This document shows, in pieces, positions 49,529 to 59,127 of a stretch of DNA of 64,000 nucleotides (its first letter is position 1; each line of letters starts with the position of its first letter). Source of the stretch: a bacterium (GTDB lineage Bacteria > JADJOY01); assembly GCA_046331705.1 (NCBI GenBank), contig JAXLQJ010000008.1:62001-126000 (forward strand), written 5' to 3'. Made by a program: the position numbers and the translations under genes. The notes below the pieces were generated by a model. It worked only from the letters and a program-made list of their open reading frames with translations. It did not search any database and had not been told where the DNA came from.

Positions 49529-50119
49529 CGAACCGAAGAGGCTCTTGGTCTCGCCCTTTCGGATCTCCTTTTCGTCCTGCCACTCGATCACGGCCGTCTG
49601 GATGTTCGCGAGCTTGAGCGTGATCTTGTAGTAGTAGTCCTTCGTGCTCCCGGACTTCTTCACGATGCTCGTGATCTCGCCCGTCAGCATGTAGTCGGCG
49701 CCGACGTGCTTGCCCACCGGCTTCGCGGTGGTCGGGTCGACGAGCCCGCTCTTGTTCTGGTACTCGAGCTGGTCGACCAATTCCTTCGGGATGTCGGCCA
49801 TCGCCGTGAACTGGACCTTGCCCGACTGGATCAGCGTGGTCGAGATCTTGTCCGTGATGGACTGGGTGTCGATGTGCTCGTCGGTCTTGTTCTTCACCGT
49901 CGCGACGTAGAGCAGCGGCGGCTTCGGCTTGCTCGTGATCACCGGGCTCGCGAGCAGCGACTGCACCATCTTGGAGGCGATCATCTGCAGATCGGTCGAG
50001 CCGAACTCTGGCGTCAGGGTCTCGACCTGCTCGGGATTGCCGTAGCTCACTTGCTTGGTGCAGCCGCCGAGCGCCACGCCGACCACCGCGAACGTCGCCA
50101 CTGCCAATCGGATCCGCAT
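49526..50119 (-). CDS. lpoB: Penicillin-binding protein activator LpoB-like lipoprotein
   Basis: Lipobox LGGC, FGSTDL, VKNKTDEHIDT, GADYMLTGEI, YYKITLKL. Confidence 0.85.
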   Translation of the reverse strand: MRIRLAVATFAVVGVALGGCTKQVSYGNPEQVETLTPEFGSTDLQMIASKMVQSLLASPVITSKPKPPLLYVATVKNKTDEHIDTQSITDKISTTLIQSGKVQFTAMADIPKELVDQLEYQNKSGLVDPTTAKPVGKHVGADYMLTGEITSIVKKSGSTKDYYYKITLKLANIQTAVIEWQDEKEIRKGETKSLFGS

Positions 50120-50208
50120 TCCTCTCGACCTCCTGGGCGTGATGGGAACCACGCCGCTCACGAGTGTAACGAGCGCCCGCGCCGTACCAATCGCACGCCG
50201 ATCGGCCC

Positions 50209-50643
50209 TCACGGCTCGATCGCGTTGGGTGCACGCACGTAGAACTTGAAGGACACCGCCTCGGTCCGCGGCGAGAGCTCGCGCAGCGTCTTGGTCATGC
50301 GACCATCGAGCGTCACGGGCTTCCACGACGTGATCGGCGTCTCGATCTGGACTTGGTCCTGGTCGTACCATTCGACGCGGTACTCGAAGGGTACCGTCTC
50401 TTCCGTCTGGTTCTGGACGATGATGAATCCCTCGAGCAGGTCGCGCTCGCGGCGCACCTTGAGATCGAGGATCTTGACGCTCTTCGCGAAGCGCGGGTCG
50501 TGCACCACGATGTTCTTGGTGACCTGGTCCCCCGCGGTCTCGGCGATGACCACGTTCGATGCCGTCTTCTTCTCGCAGGCGGCGCCCGCGAGCGCCACGA
50601 CGAGCACGATCGCAAAGCCCCACGGACGTGTCCTCGAGTTCAT
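50209..50643 (-). CDS. YcfL/DUF1425-like lipoprotein
   Basis: Lipobox-like LAGAAC, FEYRVEWYD, WKPVTL; located between COG3014 and lpoB. Confidence 0.78.
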   Translation of the reverse strand: MNSRTRPWGFAIVLVVALAGAACEKKTASNVVIAETAGDQVTKNIVVHDPRFAKSVKILDLKVRRERDLLEGFIIVQNQTEETVPFEYRVEWYDQDQVQIETPITSWKPVTLDGRMTKTLRELSPRTEAVSFKFYVRAPNAIEP

Positions 50644-52094
50644 GAGCGTCCCTCCGGATCGTTCGGATATACGTTGAGATAGACGGCCGGACCGGTGGTC
50701 CGGACGTTCACGAAGCGCCGCTGGCCGCGGGCCAGCTTGATCGTCACTCGTCGCGTGGCGAGCTCTGCGCCGCCGGGGCCGTCGAGCCCGATGGTGAGCG
50801 GGTGCTCGCCCGGCGGCAACGGGATCCTGACCCACTGCAGGCTCGCCGGCAACGTGGTCCAGCTCCGCAAGTCGGCCTGCTCGGTGAGCACGTTGTAGAG
50901 CGACATCAACAGGATCGCGATGCCGCGCTCGGTGCTGCCGCGCCGCCCGCTGGCATCGGCGACCTGCTTGGTCACGACGGCTTTGCCGACCGCCCGAATC
51001 GCCTGCTTGAGCGCCAGCACGGCCATGCGGTCGCGCAAGCTGCGCACGGCGATGGCTTCCACGTCGGTGTAGAGGTCGGTGGTGGCGAGCAGCTTGCCGC
51101 TCGCGTCGCGCACCGACGCGCGCTGGTACGGGTTGGGCCTGAGCTCATACTTCGGCAACGCGATCGACGTGAAGCCCGTTCCCGTCGGGATCGGCAGCGA
51201 GATCTCGCGCTTGAGCGGCGCGTCGCCGCACTCGAAGAGCACCACCACCTCGGCCTGGTCCTTGTCGGGCTCGACCAGGCTCGGATCGCTCTCCTTCAAC
51301 GCCTTGGCCTCGTCGCGCAACCCGCTCAGCACCGCCGCTCGGTACGCGTCCTGCCGAAGTCGCGCGCTCTCGGGCCGCAGCTCGCGGGCGCGCTTGAGAT
51401 CGATCCACGCGTCGTTGGGCTCGCCGTTGAGCTCGTAGACCAAGGCGGAGAGCGCGTAGGTGAGCGCGTCGTCGTAGAGATTCTGGACGCGCGCGGCCAC
51501 CACGTCCTGGTCGGCGTACGCCTGCCCCATCGCGCGTTCGACTGCGTACGCGGTCCGCGCGTGGCCCTCGCTGACGTCGGCGGCGTCCTTCGCCTCGTCG
51601 CGCGCGCGCTCGCGGATCTCCTTCTGGATGCCCTGGAGCTTGCGGATCTCGACGCGTGCACCGGTGAGGTCGTTCGAGAAGAGGAAGTTCATCGCCAGGT
51701 AGGCGTGCAACAGCACGTGCTCGAACGGCTCCCCCTGGTAAGCGATGGTCTTCTCGTTGAGCAGCAAGCTGCCTGCCTGGGACGCCGTGTCCGAAGCGCT
51801 GATGATGGCCTTGTCCTCGAGCGCCTTGATCTCCTCGACGGCGGCGAAGAGCTCGCGATTGCTGTCCGCGAGCTGTCCCGCGGTGTGCAGGATCAGACCA
51901 CGCTCCAGGCGATAGCAAAGCCGGTCGAGCGTGCTCTCCGTGCCAGCCTCCAGGGAGCGCACGGCGCCCTCGGGATCGAGCGACTCGAACTGGCGGCGCG
52001 CGTCCTCGGTGACGCCCACGTACGAGGTGAACACGCTGCAGCCGCTGAGCACGACCGCGAGCGCCGCGAGCGCCGCGCGAACCCAGGGGATCAT
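50640..52094 (-). CDS. COG3014-like TPR lipoprotein
   Basis: Lipobox LSGC, LERGLI, YQGEPFE, ARVEIRK, TEQADLRSWTTLP. Confidence 0.82.
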   Translation of the reverse strand: MIPWVRAALAALAVVLSGCSVFTSYVGVTEDARRQFESLDPEGAVRSLEAGTESTLDRLCYRLERGLILHTAGQLADSNRELFAAVEEIKALEDKAIISASDTASQAGSLLLNEKTIAYQGEPFEHVLLHAYLAMNFLFSNDLTGARVEIRKLQGIQKEIRERARDEAKDAADVSEGHARTAYAVERAMGQAYADQDVVAARVQNLYDDALTYALSALVYELNGEPNDAWIDLKRARELRPESARLRQDAYRAAVLSGLRDEAKALKESDPSLVEPDKDQAEVVVLFECGDAPLKREISLPIPTGTGFTSIALPKYELRPNPYQRASVRDASGKLLATTDLYTDVEAIAVRSLRDRMAVLALKQAIRAVGKAVVTKQVADASGRRGSTERGIAILLMSLYNVLTEQADLRSWTTLPASLQWVRIPLPPGEHPLTIGLDGPGGAELATRRVTIKLARGQRRFVNVRTTGPAVYLNVYPNDPEGRS

Positions 52095-52555
52095 GGCGTG
52101 CCACCGAGCGGCGGCACGCCGCCGGAGGGCGGCGCGGCCAGTCGGGTACGCCGGAGCCTCGCACCTCGGTCGACCGCCGCCAGCACCTCGTCGAGGTGGA
52201 AGGGCTTGGTGAGGACGATGTCGGCGACGCTCGAGTCCAACCCGTCGCGCGAGCGCTGGTCCGGCCAACCCGACGTGAGGATGCAGACCGCGCGGGAATC
52301 GCGTCGCCGGATCTCGCGAGCCACCTCGAGGCCGGTGACCTTGGGCATGGCCAGATCGGTGATGACGAGATCGAACGGTGCCTCGCCGAAGCGCGCCAGG
52401 CCCTCGCCGCCGCTCGCGGCCAGCGTCACGGCGTGGCCCTCCTCGCTCAGGAGCTCACCCAGGATCTCGCGCACTCCCGCTTCGTCGTCGATCACCAGGA
52501 TCCTCAGCCGGTGGGCCAGCTCCGGGGAGCCGTCGCGTGGGGAGTCGAGTGGCAT
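52091..52555 (-). CDS. Single-domain response regulator receiver
   Basis: ILVIDDE, DLVITDLAMP, ILTSG, LTKPF. Confidence 0.87.
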   Translation of the reverse strand: MPLDSPRDGSPELAHRLRILVIDDEAGVREILGELLSEEGHAVTLAASGGEGLARFGEAPFDLVITDLAMPKVTGLEVAREIRRRDSRAVCILTSGWPDQRSRDGLDSSVADIVLTKPFHLDEVLAAVDRGARLRRTRLAAPPSGGVPPLGGTP

Positions 52556-52672
52556 CGGCGACGCAACGAGCGCTTTGGTGCGAGGGACGACCCGAGTATA
52601 AACGCGCCTCGCCCGCCCCACAGCCCGCGCCGCGGTGCTCGGGCTCGCACCACCGCCGAAGGAGAGCGTCGC

Positions 52673-53848
52673 GTGATCCGCACCGGCATCCAGCGAATCG
52701 TGGAGGATGGGTTCGGGCTCGCGGCGGGTGATCGCGTGGCCATCGTCGCCAACCAGGCGTCGGTGCTCCCCGATCTGACGCACGGGGTGCTGCGCCTGAT
52801 CGAACGCCGCGAGGTGAAGCTGGTGCGGATCCTCGCGCCGGAGCACGGCCTGTGGGGTGACGCGCAGGACATGATCGCCGTGGGCGACGAGCGCGATCCG
52901 GTGACCGGGCTCGAGGTCGTGAGCCTCTACGGCACCAGCGAGGCGAGCCTCCGGCCACCGGCGCGCGCGTTCGACGACGTGGACGTGGTGATCTTCGACC
53001 TTCAGGACGTGGGGGCGCGCTACTACACGTTCCTGGCAACGCTCGCGTACCTGATGGAGGAGGCGGGAAAGCGCGGCGTGCGGGTGCTGGTGGCCGATCG
53101 CCCCAACCCCATCGGCGGCGAGCACGTCGAGGGTCCGCTGATCGCCCCCGGCTACGAGTCGTTCGTCGGCGCCTTCGGCGTCCCCGTCCGGCACGGCATG
53201 ACCGCGGGCGAGGTGGCGCTCTTCCTGCGCGATCACGTCGGTCTCGCGTGCGAGCTCGGTGTCGCGGCGCTGGAAGGGTGGCGGCGAGCGCAGTGGTTCG
53301 ACGCCACCGGGCTTCCGTGGGTCGCGCCTTCCCCGAACATGCCCACGGTCGACACCGCCGCGGTCTACCCCGGGCAATGCCTGATCGAGGGCACGAACCT
53401 CTCCGAAGGACGCGGGACCACCCGCCCGTTCGAGCTCACGGGCGCGCCGTTCATCGATCCGTTCGCGCTGGTTCGCGCGCTCGCCGCCGAGGATCTTCCC
53501 GGTGCGCACCTCCGCCCGCTCTTCTTTCGCCCGACGTTCCACAAATGGGCGGGCCAGCGCTGCGGCGGGGTCCAGATCCACGTCACCGACCGCGACGCCT
53601 TCCTGCCGTTTCGCACCAGCCTCGCGCTGGTGGCCGCGATCCGCCGAGCGTGGCCCGCCGACCTCGATTGGCGCCGCGACACGTACGAGTTCGTCTCCGA
53701 CCGTCTCGCCTTCGACCTGCTCACCGGCGGCGATCGAGAGCGCCGGGCGATCGACTCGGGCATGCCCATCTCCGAGGTCGAGAGCGCCTGGCGAGACGAG
53801 CACGCCGCTTTCCTCGAAATACGGCGGCGATTTCTTCTCTACACGTGA
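52673..53848 (+). CDS. namZ: Exo-beta-N-acetylmuramidase NamZ (DUF1343)
   Basis: APEHGLWG, SLYG, FDLQDVGARYYT, DRPNP, RHGMTAGE, PSPNMP, SEGRGTTRPFE. Confidence 0.9.
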   Translation: MIRTGIQRIVEDGFGLAAGDRVAIVANQASVLPDLTHGVLRLIERREVKLVRILAPEHGLWGDAQDMIAVGDERDPVTGLEVVSLYGTSEASLRPPARAFDDVDVVIFDLQDVGARYYTFLATLAYLMEEAGKRGVRVLVADRPNPIGGEHVEGPLIAPGYESFVGAFGVPVRHGMTAGEVALFLRDHVGLACELGVAALEGWRRAQWFDATGLPWVAPSPNMPTVDTAAVYPGQCLIEGTNLSEGRGTTRPFELTGAPFIDPFALVRALAAEDLPGAHLRPLFFRPTFHKWAGQRCGGVQIHVTDRDAFLPFRTSLALVAAIRRAWPADLDWRRDTYEFVSDRLAFDLLTGGDRERRAIDSGMPISEVESAWRDEHAAFLEIRRRFLLYT

Positions 53849-53948
53849 CGCTCGCGCTACCCTCCGGCGCGGTTCCACGTCCCCAACCCGCGGCGTTCGA
53901 TGCGGCGTCCGCGCCCGTCGATGCCCATTCCACGAGGAAGCCGAGCCG

Positions 53949-55133
53949 ATGATTTCCTTCGAGCCCACCGACGATGAGAAGGAGATCCTGAAGACCGTCG
54001 AGCGCTTCGCCGAAGCCGAGCTTCGCGCCGCGATGCGCGACATCGAGGCCCAAGGACGCCCTTCGGACGAGCTGCGCCGCAAGTACCACGAGATGGGCCT
54101 CGGCCTCATCAACTACCCGGAAACCGTCGGCGGCTCGGGGATGGGGCTGGTGGCGCGCGCGCTCATCGAAGAGGCGCTCGCCCACGGCGACCCCGGCGCG
54201 GCCATCGCCTTGGACGGCCCGGGTCTCGCGGGCTTGGCGGTGGTCGAGCTGGGCGAGGGCGCGCACGACGACCGCTACCTCGCGCCCTTCGCCTCGCCGG
54301 ACGCTCACCTGCGCACGGCCGCGCTGGCGCTGCTCGAGCCGAAACCCATCGACGATTGGTGCTCGCTCGCGACCACCGCTCGCGAGACCGCCACCGGCTA
54401 TCTGATCGACGGTGCCAAGGCGTTCGTGCTGAACGGCGCCGACCCCGACTTCTTCGTGGTCTTCGCCACCTTCGACCGCACGCGCGGTTGGGATGGTCTC
54501 GCCGCATTCGTGGTGGAGCGTGGCACCCCCGGCTTGACGGTCTCCGCGCCGATCCTGACCTGCGGGCTCAACGGCGTGCCGATCGTGGACATCACCCTCG
54601 ACGGTGTGACGGTGCCGAAGGATGCGCGGCTCTCGGGACGCGGCGATTTCCCCGGCGGATTCCGCCGCTTCCTGTCGCGGGCGCGAATCGTCAACGCGGC
54701 GCGGATCGTCGGTCTCGCCCGCGCCGCGTGTGAGTACGCCATCGGTTACGCCGAGGAGCGGACCGCCTTCGGCAAGCCGATCGGCCATCACCAAGGCCTT
54801 TCGTGGATGATCGCGGACATCGCCACCGAGGTGGATGCAGCGCGGTGGATGGTGTGGAAGGCGGCATGGGAGATCGACCGCGGTGTCGTCAGCGGCGAGC
54901 GCTCGTCGATCCAGGCGCTGGTCCAAGCCAACGAGATGGCGAAGAAGGTGACCAACGACGGCGTCCAGGTGCTCGGAGGCGCGGGCTTCATCCGCGACTA
55001 CCCCGAGGAGAAGTGGTACCGGGACGCGCGCACGCTGGCGTTCATCCTCGGTACCGATCCAATGGACAACGCCCGCGCCGCCACCTTGAGCTTCACCAAC
55101 GACGGCGAGCAGGTCGTTGCGGGGCTCTGCTGA
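53949..55133 (+). CDS. Acyl-CoA dehydrogenase-like subunit (probably non-catalytic)
   Basis: ACAD fold motifs ERTAFGKPI, GVQVLGGAGF, EKWYRDA; C-terminal AFILGT lacks the IxEGT glutamate. Confidence 0.85.
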   Translation: MISFEPTDDEKEILKTVERFAEAELRAAMRDIEAQGRPSDELRRKYHEMGLGLINYPETVGGSGMGLVARALIEEALAHGDPGAAIALDGPGLAGLAVVELGEGAHDDRYLAPFASPDAHLRTAALALLEPKPIDDWCSLATTARETATGYLIDGAKAFVLNGADPDFFVVFATFDRTRGWDGLAAFVVERGTPGLTVSAPILTCGLNGVPIVDITLDGVTVPKDARLSGRGDFPGGFRRFLSRARIVNAARIVGLARAACEYAIGYAEERTAFGKPIGHHQGLSWMIADIATEVDAARWMVWKAAWEIDRGVVSGERSSIQALVQANEMAKKVTNDGVQVLGGAGFIRDYPEEKWYRDARTLAFILGTDPMDNARAATLSFTNDGEQVVAGLC

Positions 55134-55282
55134 CGTGAGAGCGCAGCGGAAACACGGCGTCAGGGCCGCCGACGGGCGATCGCGCGAGGCCCGGCCTCGG
55201 CGAGGCGCGCGGCTCGAAGGGCGGATGGGGTGTCATCGAATTCTCACAACGCGGCGGCTTCCACGTTCGGCACCAATCCCTC

Positions 55283-55383
55283 CCGGTGCCGGCGGCACCG
55301 CAGCGAACGAAGTGAGCTGACTTGGGGGTGGGGCCCCAGCGAGGCTTGGCCTCGATGGGGCGGGGGGCTTGAAAAGCCCCCCG
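55283..55383. repeat. Structured REP-like intergenic element
   Basis: Hairpins CGGTGCC-GGC-GGCACCG, CGAGGC-TTG-GCCTCG and a perfect CGGGGGGCTT-GAA-AAGCCCCCCG abutting the next RBS. Confidence 0.55.
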
Positions 55384-55393
55384 GGAGAACACC

Positions 55394-56605
55394 GTGATCG
55401 ACTTCGAGCTGAGCGACTCTCAAAAGAACATCCGCGAGATGGTGCGCTGGTTCGCCCGCGAGGAAGTGCGACCGCTGGCGCTCGAGTCCGACAAGAACCA
55501 CGACGTGCCCCTCGAGTTCCTCAAGAAGTCGATGCAGCTCGGGCTCGGCTCGGGAACGCGCCCCAAGGCGCTCGGCGGCGAAGGCGAAGGCGTCGGTGAG
55601 GAGAAGGACGCCAAGGGCACCAAGCAAGGCAATCGCGTCTCCATCATCCTGGGCGAGGAGATCGCGTGGGGCGATCCCGCCGTGGTGTTGTGCTTCCCGG
55701 GGCCTGGCCTCGGCGGGCCGCCGGTCCAGTTCACCGGCACTCCCGAGCAGAAGAAGCGCGCCTTCGGCATCTTCAAGAACGACGGCGTGCCGCGCTGGGG
55801 TGCCTACGCGCTCACCGAGCCCGCTGCGGGCTCGGACGTGGCCGGCATCCAGGCCACCGCGCGCAAGGACGGCAATCACTACATCCTGAACGGCCGCAAG
55901 TGCTACATCACCAACGGCGGTCGCGCGACCTGGAACGTGGTGTTCGCCACCATCGACAAGAGCCTCGGCCGCGCCGGTCACCGCGCCTTCCTGGTGTTCA
56001 AGGGCACGCCTGGATTCTCGGTCGGAAAGATCGAGGACAAGCTGGGCTTGCGCGCCAGCGAAACCGCGGAGCTGGTGCTCGAGGACTGCAAGCTCCACGT
56101 CGACGATCTGCTGGGCGGCGAGGCGCACTACGAGAACGCCAACAAGGGCGGCTTCACCACCGCCATGAAGACCTTCGACTCGACCCGTCCCATGGTGGCG
56201 GCGATGGCGGTCGGCATCGCGCGCGCCGCATACGACGTGGTGCACGAGCACATTCGCGAGAACTATCTCTTGAGCCGTCCGATCGCGCGCTACCACGTGC
56301 TCGCGGAGCTGATCGCCACCATGGAGCGCCGCATCGCCGCGGCGCGGCTCATGTGCTGGCGCGCTGCGTGGATGGCCGACGAGGGCATCCCCAACTCGAA
56401 GGAGGCCTCGATGTCCAAGGCCTACGCGGCCCAGGTCGCGAGCTGGGTGTGCGCCGAGGCCATCGGGCTCATGGGACACCTCGGGACCTACCACGCGAAC
56501 CTGGTCGAGAAGCTCTATCGCGACGTGAAGGTCTACGACATCTTCGAAGGCACCGGTCAGGTCCAGCGCATCGTCATCTCACGTCGGCTGCTCAAGGGGC
56601 TGTGA
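55394..56605 (+). CDS. Acyl-CoA dehydrogenase (catalytic subunit)
   Basis: YALTEPAAGSD, LNGRKCYITNG, KLGLRASET, YRDVKVYDIFEGTGQVQR. Confidence 0.93.
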   Translation: MIDFELSDSQKNIREMVRWFAREEVRPLALESDKNHDVPLEFLKKSMQLGLGSGTRPKALGGEGEGVGEEKDAKGTKQGNRVSIILGEEIAWGDPAVVLCFPGPGLGGPPVQFTGTPEQKKRAFGIFKNDGVPRWGAYALTEPAAGSDVAGIQATARKDGNHYILNGRKCYITNGGRATWNVVFATIDKSLGRAGHRAFLVFKGTPGFSVGKIEDKLGLRASETAELVLEDCKLHVDDLLGGEAHYENANKGGFTTAMKTFDSTRPMVAAMAVGIARAAYDVVHEHIRENYLLSRPIARYHVLAELIATMERRIAAARLMCWRAAWMADEGIPNSKEASMSKAYAAQVASWVCAEAIGLMGHLGTYHANLVEKLYRDVKVYDIFEGTGQVQRIVISRRLLKGL

Positions 56606-56729
56606 GCTGACGCTCGAATCCCGCGCCCGCTGAGCGCGCGGCGTGGCCGGCTGCGGGCGGCGCACCATCGCGGCTCGCGGCCCACCTTCCCGCCCTTCCA
56701 CTCGCCACCTCCGTCCGCCCTTCTCACGC

Positions 56730-59072
56730 ATGCGCGCGGACCGTCGACTGCTCGCCGCCGTGACCTGCGTCGCTGCGGCGGTGCTCATGCTGGAGATCGT
56801 GCTCACGCGCATCTTCAGCGTGACCACCCAGTACCACTTCGCGTTCTTGAGCGTCTCGCTGGCGCTCTTCGGACTCTCGGCGGGCGGGCTGGCGGTGCGG
56901 CTCGCGCCGCGGCTCTTCCCCGTCGAGCGGGCGCACGAGCGGCTCGCGGCCGCCGCGTGGGTCGCGGCACTCGCGGTCCCGCTGGTGCTGGCGCTCGTCC
57001 ACTCGCTGCGCGTCTCGCCGAAGGCGCTCCCGATCTTCCTGCTCGCTCCCGCGCTGCCGTTCACGGCCGCCGGCTTGGCGCTGGCGATCGCATACACCAG
57101 CGCCGCGCGTGACGCCGGACGGGTCTACGCCGCCGATCTCTCCGGCGCGGCCCTCGGATGCGTGGCCGCGGCGCTGGGCCTGCGTTTCCTGGGCGGCCCG
57201 GGCGCGATGCTCGCGAGTGCGCTGCTGGCCGCCGGCGCCGCCACGCTCGCCGCCCCGTCGAGCTGGGCGCGCGGGCTTCGCGCGACGCTCGCGCTGCTCG
57301 CCGTCACCGTCGGCGTGGCGACGAGTGGAGTCGGGTTTCGGGTCGATGCCCACAAGACTCCGTGGGACGTGACCCGCGAATTCGAGGCCTGGAACAGCTT
57401 CTCGCGCATCGCCGTCATGCCCATGCCCAAGGAGATCCCACCGGGCTGGAGCATGGATGCACGCCCGTTCGCCCCGCCGCCGCCGATCAAGCTCCTCAAC
57501 ATCGACGGCGACGCCGGCACGATCCTGGTCGGAGCGGGCAGCGGCGAGGGAAGCCTCGAGTTCCTGTCGCGCGACGTCACGGCGTTCGCGCTCGGCCTCT
57601 TGCCGCCGTCGGGCTCGGTGCTGATCGTGGGCGCGGGAGGCGGCAAGGACATCCTCGCGGCGCGCGAGGCGGGCGCCCAGCGGATCGCCGCCGTGGAAGT
57701 GAATCCGCTCATCGCCCACACGGTGAACGAGACCTACGGCGCCTTCACGGGTCGCCCCTATCACGGCGCGGGAGTGCGCTCGGTGGTGGCCGACGCGCGC
57801 AGCTTCCTGGCCGTCGACCGCGACCGCTTCGATCTCGTGCTCCTCGGACTGGTGGACTCGTGGTCGGCGACGGCGGCGGGCGCCTTCTTCCTCACGGAAA
57901 ATCACCTCTACACCACCGACGCGATCGGGGCGTACCTCGATCGGCTCGGACCCGATGGCGTCGCCAGCGTGAGCCGCTGGTACTTCGACTCCGAGCCCGC
58001 GGAGACGCTGCGGGTCGCCATCACCGCGCGCGCGGCACTGGCCGAGCGCGGCATCGACGAGCCGTGGCGGCACGTGGTGGTGCTCGGCAGGCCCGCGCCG
58101 GCGTTGCGCGCGGGGCTCGGCGTGGGCGTGGTCCTGGTGCGGAAATCCGCCTGGACGAGCGCCGATCTCGCGCGAATCCACGCGCTCACCGCGGAGCGCG
58201 GCATCGAGCTGCTCTACGCGCCCGACGGCGGAAGCCGCGAGGTCTTCGAGCGCTTCCTGCACACGCCGCGGCTCGCCGACGAGCTCAGGCGCTATCCCCT
58301 CGACGTGAGCCCGGTGAGCGACGATCGGCCGTTCTTCTTCCAGATGCTTCGCATGCGCGATTTCTTCGACCGCGCCAAGATCACGAGCCTGTGGCCGTGG
58401 GCCACCTTGCCCACCCTGACGCTCTCGATCCTGGCGGTGGTGTCTGCGGGGCTCGCGGCCCTCACGCTCGCAGCGCCCCTGCTCGGCGCGACCGCGGGTG
58501 CGCGACTCGCGACGCTGGGGCGACTCTCGCCCTTCGCGGCGCTGGGCGCCGGCTTCTTCTTCGTCGAGGTCGCTCTCGTCGAGCGGCTGGTGCTGTTGGT
58601 CGGCCAACCGACTCGCGCGTTGGCCGTGGTGCTCGCCACGCTGCTGCTCGGCACCGCGTTCGGCGGCCGCTGGACACGGGCGATGCCCGAGCGCGACCTC
58701 GGCTGGGCATTCGCGCGTCACGCCCGATTCGCCGGCATGATCGCCCTCGGGCTGGCGCTGATCCTGCCCACGGCGGTGCGCTGGCTCCTGCCCACCGCGG
58801 ACGCGCTGCGAACCGGCCTCGCCGCGGCGACCTGCCTCGCCACGGGCGTGGTGCTCGGCATGCCGATGCCGCTGCTGCTCAGACGCCTCGCCTCCGACCG
58901 AACGGATCTCGTGCCGTGGGCGTGGGCGGTGAACGGCGCGTTCGGGGTGGCGGCGTCCGTCTATTCGCTGCTCGCAGCGATGGGCCTGGGATTTCGCATG
59001 GTGCTGCTCTTGGGCGCGGCGATCTACCTCCTCGCCGCTCGCCTGGCTCGCCCCACCGTCGAATCCGCGTGA
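56730..59072 (+). CDS. Membrane protein fused to a spermidine-synthase-like SAM-binding domain
   Basis: N- and C-terminal TM bundles, WNSFSRI, VLIVGAGGGKD, AVEVNP, ENHLYT, DDRPFFF, WAWAVNG. Confidence 0.83.
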   Translation: MRADRRLLAAVTCVAAAVLMLEIVLTRIFSVTTQYHFAFLSVSLALFGLSAGGLAVRLAPRLFPVERAHERLAAAAWVAALAVPLVLALVHSLRVSPKALPIFLLAPALPFTAAGLALAIAYTSAARDAGRVYAADLSGAALGCVAAALGLRFLGGPGAMLASALLAAGAATLAAPSSWARGLRATLALLAVTVGVATSGVGFRVDAHKTPWDVTREFEAWNSFSRIAVMPMPKEIPPGWSMDARPFAPPPPIKLLNIDGDAGTILVGAGSGEGSLEFLSRDVTAFALGLLPPSGSVLIVGAGGGKDILAAREAGAQRIAAVEVNPLIAHTVNETYGAFTGRPYHGAGVRSVVADARSFLAVDRDRFDLVLLGLVDSWSATAAGAFFLTENHLYTTDAIGAYLDRLGPDGVASVSRWYFDSEPAETLRVAITARAALAERGIDEPWRHVVVLGRPAPALRAGLGVGVVLVRKSAWTSADLARIHALTAERGIELLYAPDGGSREVFERFLHTPRLADELRRYPLDVSPVSDDRPFFFQMLRMRDFFDRAKITSLWPWATLPTLTLSILAVVSAGLAALTLAAPLLGATAGARLATLGRLSPFAALGAGFFFVEVALVERLVLLVGQPTRALAVVLATLLLGTAFGGRWTRAMPERDLGWAFARHARFAGMIALGLALILPTAVRWLLPTADALRTGLAAATCLATGVVLGMPMPLLLRRLASDRTDLVPWAWAVNGAFGVAASVYSLLAAMGLGFRMVLLLGAAIYLLAARLARPTVESA

Positions 59073-59127
59073 GGCGAGCGCGCCCCACGCGCGTGCCGAT
59101 CCAAGGGCATCGGCGGTCGAAGCCCGC

